NCBI RefSeq assembly: GCF_001457595.1
Contig: NZ_LN831039.1
Location: 6,360,001 to 6,392,000 of the forward strand
Reading direction: 5' to 3'
Length of the DNA stretch: 32,000 nucleotides
DNA from: Mycolicibacterium smegmatis
Lineage (GTDB): Bacteria; Actinomycetota; Actinomycetes; Mycobacteriales; Mycobacteriaceae
Within the stretch, counting starts at the first letter, position 1; each line of letters begins with the position of its first letter. The notes below the pieces were generated by a model. It saw only the letters and a list, made by a program, of their open reading frames with translations. It did not search any database and was not told the origin of the DNA. This document shows, one piece after another, positions 15,130 through 23,621 of this stretch. The position numbers and the translations under genes were made by a program.

Positions 15130-16184
15130 CACTGTTCCTCCAGCACGTCGTAGAGGTCGTAGTTCAGCGGGGTGTCCAACTGGTCGAACGTGCAACTCGA
15201 CGGCTCCCGGTCGGGACGCCAGCGCAGGAACTTCACGGCGTGGCGAAATCGCCTGCCCTCGACGGAGTTTCCCTCCATCTGGTCGTAGGCCACCTCGCAC
15301 ACCTTCTCGGGGCGCAGCGGGGTCCACCGCTTGTCGGCCGCCGAGTTCCACCGGCTGGGGTCGCCTTCACGCATCTCGTCGCCCTCGCGCAGCGGTTCGA
15401 GTTCGGCCAGCAGTTTGATGCGATCCTTGGCGGTGAACGACGCTGCGCCGCCGACCATCTGGAGCTCCCCGTCGTCGCGGTACAGGCCCAGCAGGATCGA
15501 CCCGATGCCGTCGCCGCTCTTGTGGATGCGGTAACCCATTGCGACACAGTCGGCGTCGCGGTGGTGCTTGACCTTGACCATCTCACGTTTGCCGGGCAGA
15601 TACGGTCCGTCGAGCCGTTTGGCGATCACCCCGTCCAGCCCGGCGCCCTCGAACGTCTTCAGCCACTCGGTGCCCAGCGCGGGATCCTCACTGGTGCGGG
15701 TGACGTGGCACCACCGTTTGTTGTCGACGGCCTCGGCCAGCGCCTCGCGGCGCACCCGGAACGGCTCCTTGAGCAGCGACCGGTCACCGAGGGCCAGGGC
15801 GTCGAAGCCGATGAAGTGCGCCGGGGTCTGCTCGGCGAGCATCTTGATGCGGCTCGCCGCGGGATGGATGCGCTGGCTCAGTGACTCCCAGTCCAACCGC
15901 ACCCGGCCGGCGATGTCGCGGGGCACCACGACCTCACCGTCGAGCACGCACTTCTCAACGAGTTCGTCACGCAGCGCGTCGAGCAGTTCGGGAAAGTACC
16001 GTCCCAGATCCTTGCCGTTGCGCGACTGCAGCACCACGTCGTCACCGTCGCGGAACACCAGCGCGCGGAAACCGTCCCACTTGGGCTCGTAGGACCACAC
16101 CCCCGCCTCGTCGGGCACCTTCACCTGCGCCTTGGCAAGCATCGGTTCGATCGGGGGCTGCACCGGCAAGTCCATCCTTCCCAT
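15129..16184 (-). CDS. ligC: ATP-dependent DNA ligase LigC (paralogue 1)
   Basis: GAGGAGG lies 5 nt upstream of ATG 16184 on the minus strand. Motif I YEPKWDGFR (adenylylated Lys), motif IV DGVIAKR, motif V MVKVKH, motif VI RFRHAVKFLRWRPDR. Confidence 0.93.
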   Translation of the reverse strand: MGRMDLPVQPPIEPMLAKAQVKVPDEAGVWSYEPKWDGFRALVFRDGDDVVLQSRNGKDLGRYFPELLDALRDELVEKCVLDGEVVVPRDIAGRVRLDWESLSQRIHPAASRIKMLAEQTPAHFIGFDALALGDRSLLKEPFRVRREALAEAVDNKRWCHVTRTSEDPALGTEWLKTFEGAGLDGVIAKRLDGPYLPGKREMVKVKHHRDADCVAMGYRIHKSGDGIGSILLGLYRDDGELQMVGGAASFTAKDRIKLLAELEPLREGDEMREGDPSRWNSAADKRWTPLRPEKVCEVAYDQMEGNSVEGRRFRHAVKFLRWRPDREPSSCTFDQLDTPLNYDLYDVLEEQ

Positions 16185-16234
16185 TCTTACCTCCTCGGGA
16201 CGGTAGACCGGCCGAACGTGGGAATGTCATCGGT
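16185..16234. promoter_or_regulatory. 50-bp divergent control region between ligC1 and ligC2
   Basis: Bounded by the two start codons. It contains the ligC1 SD (GAGGAGG on the minus strand, 16190-16196). Any promoters for both genes must overlap here or lie inside the opposite gene. Confidence 0.5.
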
Positions 16235-17299
16235 ATGGACCTGCCCGTGCTGCCTCCGGTGTCGCCCATGCTGTCGAAGTCCGTGAACCAGATCCCGCCG
16301 GGGATGTCGTATGAACCCAAGTGGGACGGGTTCCGGTCGATCCTGTTCCGCGACGGCGCCGAGGTGGAACTCGGCAGCCGCAAGGAACGGCCCATGACCC
16401 GCTACTTTCCTGAATTGGTGGCCGCGGCGCTGACCGAGCTTCCCGACCGCTGCGTGATCGACGGCGAGATCGTCCTACCGGCCGACAACCACCTCGACTT
16501 CGAGGCGCTGCAACTGCGTCTGCACCCCGCCGCGAGCCGGGTGGCGATGCTCGCCGAACAGACGCCCGCAGCGTTCATCGCGTTCGATCTGCTGGCACTC
16601 GGCGACGACGACTACACCGGCCGACCGTTCAGCGAGCGTCGCGCCGCGCTCGAGACCGCCCTCGCGGATGCCGGCCCGACGTTCCACCTGACGCCCGCCA
16701 CCACCGATCTGCCGACTGCGCAGCGCTGGTTCCACGAGTTCGAAGGCGCCGGTCTCGACGGGGTCATCGCCAAACCCCTGGACCTGACCTACCAGCCGGA
16801 CAAGCGCGTCATGTTCAAGGTCAAGCACCAGCGCACCGCGGACTGCGTGGTCGCCGGGTACCGGCTGCACAAATCCGGCGCCGACGCCGTGGGCTCGCTG
16901 CTGCTCGGGTTGTACGACGACGACGGCAGCCTCGCGTCGGTCGGCGTCATCGGCGCCTTCCCGATGGCGACCCGGCGGGCGCTGTTCACCGAACTGCAGA
17001 CGCTGGTAGCCGATTTCGACCATCACCCGTGGAACTGGGCCGCGCAGGCCGCGGCCGATCCGGAACTCGCCCGACGCTACGGCGGCGGGTCACGCTGGAA
17101 TGCGGGCAAGGATCTGTCGTTCGTCCCGCTTCGCCCCGAACGCCTGGTCGAGGTGCGCTACGACCACATGGAGGGCCGCCGGTTCCGGCACACCGCGCAG
17201 TTCAACCGCTGGCGCCCGGACCGCGACGCGCGTTCGTGCACATTCGCACAGCTCGACTCCCCACCGCATTCGAGCTCGGTGACATCGTGCCGGGTTTAG
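16235..17299 (+). CDS. ligC: ATP-dependent DNA ligase LigC (paralogue 2)
   Basis: ATG 16235 gives MDLPVLPPVSPML, collinear with the paralogue's MDLPVQPPIEPML. Motif I YEPKWDGFR, motif IV DGVIAKP, motif V MFKVKH, motif VI RFRHTAQFNRWRPDR. Upstream codons 15881-16234 are antisense shadow of ligC1. Confidence 0.9.
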   Translation: MDLPVLPPVSPMLSKSVNQIPPGMSYEPKWDGFRSILFRDGAEVELGSRKERPMTRYFPELVAAALTELPDRCVIDGEIVLPADNHLDFEALQLRLHPAASRVAMLAEQTPAAFIAFDLLALGDDDYTGRPFSERRAALETALADAGPTFHLTPATTDLPTAQRWFHEFEGAGLDGVIAKPLDLTYQPDKRVMFKVKHQRTADCVVAGYRLHKSGADAVGSLLLGLYDDDGSLASVGVIGAFPMATRRALFTELQTLVADFDHHPWNWAAQAAADPELARRYGGGSRWNAGKDLSFVPLRPERLVEVRYDHMEGRRFRHTAQFNRWRPDRDARSCTFAQLDSPPHSSSVTSCRV

Positions 17300-18558
17300 C
17301 CGAACCGCAGTGACCGTGCGGGCAGCGCGTCGACCCCGTGGTGCGCGAATTGTGTCCAGACCGTGCGCATCTCGTCGGCCAAGGTGGGGTCGATGCGGCG
17401 CTCGTTGCCCAGCATCGCAGCGTCGGCCCACGCCTCCGGCGAGCCGAACAGGAACGGCAACTCCAGGCAGTGACACGCACCGAGCGGCGCGTCGTCGGGA
17501 CTCCACTCGAACCGGTAGGACGCGGCCCGCCCGCCCAGATCGTTCCACTGCGCCGCCAGCGTCTCGGCCGGGGCGCCGAAGATGAACTCGGTGAGATCGG
17601 GCATCTCGGAGAACTCGGGGTGCATCGTCACGAACGGTGCCGCGTCGTCGCGGGTGTACCCCACCAGCAGCTCGATGCGCGCCGCGGCGTCGGCGAGATG
17701 GCCCGCCACGTCGTCGGCCGGCGGCAGCGGGTCGTGACCGAGCAGCGGTGCGAAAGGCATCATGGCCCCGAGCATTTCGACCGGTTGCGCCCAGGACGCC
17801 GCAGCGGCCTGCGCGTCGAGAAGTTGCTGTGTGGTGGCCTGCAGCGGGTCGACGCCGTCCAGGGCGTCGGCGAGCGCCGAACGCATGGCCACCGCCAGAT
17901 CCGCCCGCTCATCCCCCAGCCCCAGCGGTGCGCTCTGCACGATCGCGCGGTGGAACAACCCGGATGCCTCCTCGGCCAGCATCAGTTTCACCACGGAGTC
18001 CCCGCCCGCCGACTGCCCGAACACGGTCACGTTGCCCGGATCGCCCCCGAACGCGCTGATGTTGTCGCGCACCCACTTCAGGGCCAGGATCTGATCGGTC
18101 AGGCCCACGTTGAACCCGTCCGGTGCGCCGGGCGGCGCGAGGAAGCCGAAGGTGCCCAGCCGGTAGCTGACGTTGACCACCACCACGTCGCCGTGGCGCG
18201 CGAGCGGCGCGGCGTCGTATTTGCGCGATTCGCCGCTGCCCGAGACATACGCGCCGCCGTGCAACCACACCATGACCGGCAGGCCGTTTGCGTCCGCGGG
18301 CGCCGTGACGCTCAGCACCAGGCAGTCCTCGTCCATCACCAGGCCGTCCAGCAACGGCCCGGTCATCCAGCTCACGCGCGACGGCCGCTGCGGGCACGCC
18401 GGGCCGCTGCGGGTGGCGTCCAGCACCCCTTCCCACAGTGGCGTCGGTTCGGCGCGGGTGAACCGGGCCGCCGTGCCGTACCGCAGGCCCCGGGCGCGCA
18501 CCAGGCCGTCTTCTTCTTCGACCCGCACAGTGCCGCCGGGTAGCTGCCGATTGGTCAC
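17296..18558 (-). CDS. Type-B carboxylesterase/lipase (para-nitrobenzyl-esterase-like)
   Basis: Oxyanion-hole motif VMVWLHGGAYVSG and nucleophile elbow VFGQSAGGDS. GTG start at 18558. The start is less certain because the GAGGGG SD-like run abuts the start codon. Confidence 0.85.
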   Translation of the reverse strand: MTNRQLPGGTVRVEEEDGLVRARGLRYGTAARFTRAEPTPLWEGVLDATRSGPACPQRPSRVSWMTGPLLDGLVMDEDCLVLSVTAPADANGLPVMVWLHGGAYVSGSGESRKYDAAPLARHGDVVVVNVSYRLGTFGFLAPPGAPDGFNVGLTDQILALKWVRDNISAFGGDPGNVTVFGQSAGGDSVVKLMLAEEASGLFHRAIVQSAPLGLGDERADLAVAMRSALADALDGVDPLQATTQQLLDAQAAAASWAQPVEMLGAMMPFAPLLGHDPLPPADDVAGHLADAAARIELLVGYTRDDAAPFVTMHPEFSEMPDLTEFIFGAPAETLAAQWNDLGGRAASYRFEWSPDDAPLGACHCLELPFLFGSPEAWADAAMLGNERRIDPTLADEMRTVWTQFAHHGVDALPARSLRFG

Positions 18559-18570
18559 CCCCTCGAAGGT

Positions 18571-18580
18571 AACCGCGGTT
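18571..18580. promoter_or_regulatory. Perfect 10-bp palindrome AACCGCGGTT (17-nt near-palindrome GGTAACCGCGGTTTACC, 18568-18584) in the esterase / orphan-gene divergent region
   Basis: Read directly. It lies 13 nt upstream of the esterase GTG and about 33 nt upstream of ATG 18613. Confidence 0.35.
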
Positions 18581-18612
18581 TACCACTGCTACCGACGGGG
18601 CACGCGACAGAC

Positions 18613-18981
18613 ATGTCCGTAACCGCATTCCAGGACCTTCCCCTCGCCGACCGCGACCGCGACTGGGACGGCGACGCCGCCGAGAAACGCGTGCGCAAGT
18701 GGGCCGACGCGACCGACGAACCCAACGAGAAGTACCGCGACGCGCACGTCTGGTACGACAAGGACAAGAAGGACAACTTCACGGCCTACAAGCTGCTGAT
18801 CGCCGACGTGGTCGGCGGTGACCTCAAGGTCGTACCGCGCGGCGTGATGGCCGCCGGCGCCATCATGGACGGCGCACGCGGCGGCATCGACCTGCCCGAA
18901 GGCGACATCGACCGGGTCAAGAGCCACCTGGCCAAGTACTACGAGAAGATGGGCGACACCGCGCCGTGGGAGCGCGATTAG
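18613..18981 (+). CDS. Conserved hypothetical protein, 122 aa, highly charged, no signal peptide
   Basis: Clean ORF with actinobacterial codon bias and no competing ORF. Sequence DLPLADRDRDWDGDAAEKRVRKWA...AYKLLIADVVGGDLKVVPRGVMAAGAIMDGARGGIDLPEGD...HLAKYYEKMG. No catalytic motif recognised. Confidence 0.7.
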   Translation: MSVTAFQDLPLADRDRDWDGDAAEKRVRKWADATDEPNEKYRDAHVWYDKDKKDNFTAYKLLIADVVGGDLKVVPRGVMAAGAIMDGARGGIDLPEGDIDRVKSHLAKYYEKMGDTAPWERD

Positions 18982-18982
18982 C

Positions 18983-18988
18983 TACATT
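18983..18988 (+). promoter_or_regulatory. Candidate -10 hexamer TACATT for a leaderless gluQ transcript
   Basis: TANNNT, then 6 nt (gcgggc), then GTG 18995. The hexamer begins 2 nt after the stop of the 122-aa ORF. Confidence 0.4.
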
Positions 18989-18994
18989 GCGGGC

Positions 18995-19873
18995 GTGAGC
19001 AACGCCGCCGGACGCTTCGCGCCGAGCCCCTCGGCCGACCTGCACATCGGGAACCTGCGCACCGCCGTGCTCGCGTGGCTGTTCGCACGGTCCACCGGGC
19101 GGCGCTTTCTGGTGCGGGTCGAGGATCTCGACGACCGCACGTTCCCGGAGATCGGCCGGCGCCAGGTGGCCGACCTCGCCGCGGTCGGGCTGACTTGGGA
19201 CGAACCGGTCGAGTGGCAGACCACGCACGAGGACCGTTACGACGCCGTGATCGACCAGCTGGCCGGCGAGGGCCTGTTGTACGAATGCTATTGCAGCCGA
19301 AAGGACATCGCGCAGGCACCACGCGCACCGCACGCCCCGCAGGGCGCCTACCCGGGCACGTGCCGCGACCTGACCGACGACGAGCGCGCCGCGCGGCGCC
19401 GCGAGACCGGCCGCCCGCCCGCGATGCGGTTGCGCACCGACACGTTCGTGTACACCGTCAACGACGTCCTGCACGGCCCCTACACCGGCATCGTCGACGA
19501 TTTCGTGGTCCGCCGCGGCGACGGTGTGCCTGCCTACAACCTCGCGGTGGTGGTCGACGACGCGGCGTCGGGGATCGACCAGGTGGTACGTGGTGACGAC
19601 CTGCTGCCCTCGTCACCCCGGCAGGCCTATCTGGCGCGGCTGCTGGGCCATCCAGAGCCCACGTACGCCCACGTGCCGCTGGTGCTCAACGAGGACGGCG
19701 CGCGTCTGGCCAAGCGCGACGGCGCGGTGACGCTGGCCGAGATCGGGGTCGAGCGCGCGTTCGCTCAGATCACCGAATCCCTCGGCCGGCCGGCCACCAC
19801 GATGGACGAACTGCTGGCCCGGTTCGACCCCGACCAGCTGCCCCGCCATCCCTGGATATATCGGCCGGTCTGA
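18995..19873 (+). CDS. gluQ: Glutamyl-Q tRNA(Asp) synthetase (GluQRS, truncated GluRS paralogue)
   Basis: Class I aaRS motif PSPSADLHIGNLRTA (HIGH-like) and RLAKRDG (KMSKS-like). Cysteine cluster ECYCSRKD...YPGTCR. At 292 aa it is catalytic domain only, with no anticodon-binding domain, as in GluQRS/YadB. Confidence 0.88.
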   Translation: MSNAAGRFAPSPSADLHIGNLRTAVLAWLFARSTGRRFLVRVEDLDDRTFPEIGRRQVADLAAVGLTWDEPVEWQTTHEDRYDAVIDQLAGEGLLYECYCSRKDIAQAPRAPHAPQGAYPGTCRDLTDDERAARRRETGRPPAMRLRTDTFVYTVNDVLHGPYTGIVDDFVVRRGDGVPAYNLAVVVDDAASGIDQVVRGDDLLPSSPRQAYLARLLGHPEPTYAHVPLVLNEDGARLAKRDGAVTLAEIGVERAFAQITESLGRPATTMDELLARFDPDQLPRHPWIYRPV

Positions 19874-19905
19874 GCAGAACCCTTCATAAGATCGGTGCGG
19901 CCTGC

Positions 19906-19911
19906 TAGCTT
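19906..19911 (+). promoter_or_regulatory. Candidate -10 hexamer TAGCTT for a leaderless ABC-importer transcript
   Basis: TANNNT, then 6 nt (ccggcg), then GTG 19918. No SD. Confidence 0.4.
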
Positions 19912-19917
19912 CCGGCG

Positions 19918-21393
19918 GTGCGTTCCCTACGTATTCCTCTGCTGGGGCTCCTGCTCCTGGCCGCCATGCTGCTCGCAGGCTGTGGACCCGCTGCGAATGA
20001 CAGCGACGAGCCGATAAAAGCAGCCGGTGTGCTGCGTGTGGGCACCGAAGGCGTGTACGCCCCCTTCAGTTATCACGACCCGGCGACCAATGAGCTGACG
20101 GGTTACGACATCGACGTGGTGAAGGCCGTCGCCGACAAGATCGGCGTGCAAATCCAGTTCGTCGAAACCCCGTGGGACTCGATATTCGCTGCGCTGGAAG
20201 CCAACCGGTTCGACATCATCGCCAACGAGGTCACCATCACCGACGAGCGCAAGGCGAAATACGACCTCTCCGAGCCGTATTCCGTCGGCGAGGGTGTCAT
20301 CGTCACGCGCGCCGACGACAACTCGATCACCTCACTCGACGATCTCAAGGGCAAGGTGGCCGCCGAGAACGCGACCAGCAACTGGTCGGAGATCGCGCGG
20401 CAGGCCGGCGCCCGGGTGGAGGCCGTCGAGGGTTTCACCCAGGCCATCAAGCTGCTCAACCAGGGACGCGTCGACGTCGTGGTCAACGACAGCATCGCGG
20501 TGTACGCCTACCTCGCCGAGACCGGGGACACGTCGGTGAAGATCGCCGGAGAGGTCGGCGAGAAGAGCGAGCAGGGGTTCGCCGCGCGCAAGGACAGCGG
20601 TTACCTGCCCGAGTTGAACCGTGCGCTCGACGAACTCAGGGCCGACGGCACGTTGGCGCAGATCTCGCAGAAGTACCTCAAGGCCGACGCGACGGGCGCC
20701 GCCAACGGTGACGGCGCGCCGCCTGCCGTCCGGTCGACGTGGCAGCTGATCGGCGACAACCTGTGGCCGCTGGCCAAGGCCGCGGTCACCATGACCATTC
20801 CGCTGACGATCATCAGCTTCGCGATCGGCCTGGTGATCGCGCTGGGCGTGGCGCTGGCGCGCTTGTCGTCGAATGCCGTGCTCAGCAACGTCGCCCGGTT
20901 GTACATCTCGATCATCCGCGGCACCCCGCTGCTGGTGCAGTTGTTCCTGGTGTTCTACGCGCTGCCCGAGTTCGGGGTGCGCATCGACCCGTTCCCGGCC
21001 GCGGTGATCGCATTCAGCCTCAACGTGGGCGGTTACGCGGCCGAGATCATCCGCGCGGCGATCCTGAGCATCCCCAAGGGACAGTGGGAGGCTGCCGAGA
21101 CCATCGGCCTCACCTACGGCAAGTCGCTGCAGCGGATCATCCTTCCGCAGGCCGCCCGCGTCGCGGTGCCGCCGCTGTCGAACACGCTCATCTCACTGGT
21201 CAAGGACACGTCACTGGCGTCGACCATCCTGGTCACCGAACTGCTGCGGCAGGCCCAGATCGCCGCGGCCCCGACGTTCGAGTTCTTCGCCCTCTACGGC
21301 ACGGCTGCCGTCTACTACTGGGTGATCTGCCTGGTGTTGTCGTTCGGCCAGAGCCGCATTGAACGCCGACTGGAAAGGTACGTGGCGCGATGA
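19918..21393 (+). CDS. Polar amino-acid ABC transporter, fused substrate-binding protein and permease, with lipoprotein-type signal peptide
   Basis: The N-terminus [24 protein letters not shown] carries the lipobox LAGC. A type-3 SBP domain ([16 protein letters not shown]...[14 protein letters not shown]) runs to about residue 255. A permease follows, with EAA loop [25 protein letters not shown]. Confidence 0.88.
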   Translation: MRSLRIPLLGLLLLAAMLLAGCGPAANDSDEPIKAAGVLRVGTEGVYAPFSYHDPATNELTGYDIDVVKAVADKIGVQIQFVETPWDSIFAALEANRFDIIANEVTITDERKAKYDLSEPYSVGEGVIVTRADDNSITSLDDLKGKVAAENATSNWSEIARQAGARVEAVEGFTQAIKLLNQGRVDVVVNDSIAVYAYLAETGDTSVKIAGEVGEKSEQGFAARKDSGYLPELNRALDELRADGTLAQISQKYLKADATGAANGDGAPPAVRSTWQLIGDNLWPLAKAAVTMTIPLTIISFAIGLVIALGVALARLSSNAVLSNVARLYISIIRGTPLLVQLFLVFYALPEFGVRIDPFPAAVIAFSLNVGGYAAEIIRAAILSIPKGQWEAAETIGLTYGKSLQRIILPQAARVAVPPLSNTLISLVKDTSLASTILVTELLRQAQIAAAPTFEFFALYGTAAVYYWVICLVLSFGQSRIERRLERYVAR

Positions 21394-22163
21394 CCACAGA
21401 GCCCGAATACCGGATCGTCGCCGAGAACGTGGAGAAGGCCTTCGGCGACAACAAGGTTCTCAAAGGCGTGTCGTTCAAGGTCGCGCGTGGCAGTGCGACC
21501 ACCATTCTCGGGCCCTCGGGTTCGGGGAAGACGACGCTGCTGCGGGCGCTCAACGCCCTCGACGTGCCCGATTCCGGGGTCATCCAGGTAGGTGGCGACG
21601 ACGGCGTCCGGATCGATTTCTCCGAGCGCATCACCCGGGACACGTTGCGCCGCTACCGCGCCCAGAGCGGTTTCGTCTTCCAGTCCCACAACCTGTTCCC
21701 GCACAAGACCGTTCTGCAGAACATCACCGAGGGGCCGATCGTCGCGCAGGGCCGTCCCCGCGCCGAGGCCGAGACCGATGCTGTCAAACTCCTCGAGCAG
21801 GTGGGACTGGCCGACAAGCGCGACCAGTACCCGTACCAACTCTCGGGTGGTCAGCAGCAGCGTGTCGGCATCGCGCGGGCGCTGGCCATGCGGCCCAAGG
21901 TGGTGCTGTTCGACGAGCCCACCTCGGCCCTGGACCCGGAACTGGTCGGTGAGGTGCTCGCGGTGATCAAGGACCTGGCCGACGCGGGCTGGACCATGGT
22001 GATCGTGACGCACCAGATCCAGTTCGCCAAGCAGGTTTCCGATCAGGTGCTGTTCACCGACGGCGGGGTGATCCTGGAGCAGGGGACGCCCGCGGCCGTG
22101 ATCGACGATCCGCAGCACGAGCGCACCAAGCAGTTCCTGCAGCGGATCCTCAACACGCTCTAG
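21390..22163 (+). CDS. Polar amino-acid ABC transporter ATP-binding protein (GlnQ-like)
   Basis: ATGA overlap at 21390-21393. Walker [10 protein letters not shown], signature LSGGQQQRV, Walker [14 protein letters not shown]-loop IVTHQ. Confidence 0.95.
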   Translation: MTTEPEYRIVAENVEKAFGDNKVLKGVSFKVARGSATTILGPSGSGKTTLLRALNALDVPDSGVIQVGGDDGVRIDFSERITRDTLRRYRAQSGFVFQSHNLFPHKTVLQNITEGPIVAQGRPRAEAETDAVKLLEQVGLADKRDQYPYQLSGGQQQRVGIARALAMRPKVVLFDEPTSALDPELVGEVLAVIKDLADAGWTMVIVTHQIQFAKQVSDQVLFTDGGVILEQGTPAAVIDDPQHERTKQFLQRILNTL

Positions 22164-22269
22164 ACCGGCCCGGTGGATCGAGCGGTCTCGATGCCGACCG
22201 CCCGGGCGACCAGCGTGCGCAGATGATGCGGGCGACTGCGACGTGCGTTGTGTGCGTTGGGGTCCGGAT

Positions 22270-23595
22270 TCACGCCAACGCCGAGCGCCCGTTGACCGTG
22301 CGTTCGGCGGCCTCCAGCAGGTCGTCGCGGAACTGCGGGTGCGCGATGGCCGCCAGCGCACTGCCGCGCTCGCGCACCGTGAGTCCTTCGAGTTCGGCCG
22401 TGCCGTACTCGGTGACGATGACGTCGACGTGGTGGCGCGGCGTGGTGATCACCGCGCCGGGACCGAACCACGGCACGATCCGCGACCGCACGTGGCCGTC
22501 CTTGGTGGTGTACGTCGAGGGCAGGCAGATCAGCGAGCGGTCGGACAGTTCCAGCCCGGCACCGGCCACGAAGTCCTCCGCACCCCCGATGCCACTGAAC
22601 TGGCTGCCGTCGATGGTGTCGGCGACCACCTGCCCGTGGATGTCGACTGCGAGGGCGCCGTTGATGGTGACCATCTGATGGTTCCTGGCGATCACCTCGG
22701 GCGAGTTGACGATCTCCACGGGCAAGAACGCGACGTCGCGGTTGCCGTCGAGCCACTCGTACAGGTCCGGCGACCCGAACGCGAAGGTCGTCACGCTGAC
22801 ACCGTCGTACAGACCCTTGTGGGTGTTGGTGACCTTGCCCGCGCGGTGCAATTTCATGCAGCCGTCGGTGAACATCTCACTGTGCAAACCGTATTCGCCG
22901 CCGTCGCCCTCGGCGAGCAGTGCCGCGATCTGGTTGGGGATCGACCCGATGCCGGTCTGCAGCGTCGCCCCGGACGGCATGTAGGCGACCGCGTGCTTCG
23001 CGATCGCCCGGTCGACGTCGCTGGGTGTGGCGCGGTCTCCCGGCAGGCTCATCGGCTGTGCGGTGGAGCGGATGAGGATGTCGATCTCGTCGACGTGCAA
23101 CGCATGCCGGTGTGTGTCACCCAGACCGTACGTCCGCGGGAACGCCTCGGAGACCTCGACGATCAACAGTCGCTCGGGATCGGTCCCCGCCCTGCGTAAT
23201 TCATCGACGGTGCCGCCGGCGTGCAGCGACAGCGAGCACCATCCGTCGGCGTCCGGCGGGGTCGCCGCGGTCGCCATGACCCGCGGTGACTGCGCACGCA
23301 TCAGGGGACCGAAGCGACGGAAATCCGCAGGAGCGAAGTCGACGTCGGCACCGGCGTCGCGCAGCGCACGCTCGAGCGGTCCGTAGAAACCCGAGATGAA
23401 GTGCACGCCGGGGCGCGAGAACAACTCGGTGAGCACCGCGAGCAACGCGCCGTACACCCGCAGATCGGTCCAGTCCTTGCGCACGCCCAGGGCCTGCAGG
23501 AACGACGGTGGCTGGCCGGGCCCCAGCGGGAGCCCCAGGGTGTCGGCGGCGTGCAGCCGCGCGGCGGCCTGCTCGGCGGTGAGCTCGGTCGGCAT
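22270..23595 (-). CDS. Acetyl-CoA hydrolase/transferase family protein (4-hydroxybutyrate CoA-transferase-like)
   Basis: Start MPTELTAEQ at 23595, with AGGA about 10 nt upstream. Family motifs TLQTGIGSIPNQI and FSGIGGAEDFVAGA. The extension to 23943 runs into the upstream gene and is rejected. Confidence 0.85.
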   Translation of the reverse strand: MPTELTAEQAAARLHAADTLGLPLGPGQPPSFLQALGVRKDWTDLRVYGALLAVLTELFSRPGVHFISGFYGPLERALRDAGADVDFAPADFRRFGPLMRAQSPRVMATAATPPDADGWCSLSLHAGGTVDELRRAGTDPERLLIVEVSEAFPRTYGLGDTHRHALHVDEIDILIRSTAQPMSLPGDRATPSDVDRAIAKHAVAYMPSGATLQTGIGSIPNQIAALLAEGDGGEYGLHSEMFTDGCMKLHRAGKVTNTHKGLYDGVSVTTFAFGSPDLYEWLDGNRDVAFLPVEIVNSPEVIARNHQMVTINGALAVDIHGQVVADTIDGSQFSGIGGAEDFVAGAGLELSDRSLICLPSTYTTKDGHVRSRIVPWFGPGAVITTPRHHVDVIVTEYGTAELEGLTVRERGSALAAIAHPQFRDDLLEAAERTVNGRSALA

Positions 23596-23621
23596 GGCGC
23601 CCGATCCTACCGACGCGTGAG

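Noticed and set aside
16185-16234. Search for a LexA SOS box (GAAC-N4-GTTC / TCGAAC-N4-GTTCGA) or a RecA-NDp/PafBC-type motif (TGTCRGTG-N8-TANNNT) in the ligC1/ligC2 spacer
   Set aside because: Only fragments are present. GAACGTGGGAAT has one half-site, and TGTCATCG is not followed by a TANNNT at the right spacing. This is insufficient to claim a damage-inducible promoter.
18613-18981. The idea that the 122-aa ORF marks a prophage remnant
   Set aside because: No capsid, terminase, integrase, att-like repeat or compositional shift is nearby. The resemblance to phage protease-associated modules is only a recollection. I keep it as a hypothesis for the single protein, not as a mobile-element call.
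22176-22191. Small hairpin ATCGAG-cggt-CTCGAT in the 106-nt convergent spacer between the ABC ATPase and the CoA hydrolase/transferase
   Set aside because: The stem is only 6 bp with mixed composition and no U-tract. It is too weak to call a bidirectional terminator. No small ORF or RNA gene is evident in the spacer.
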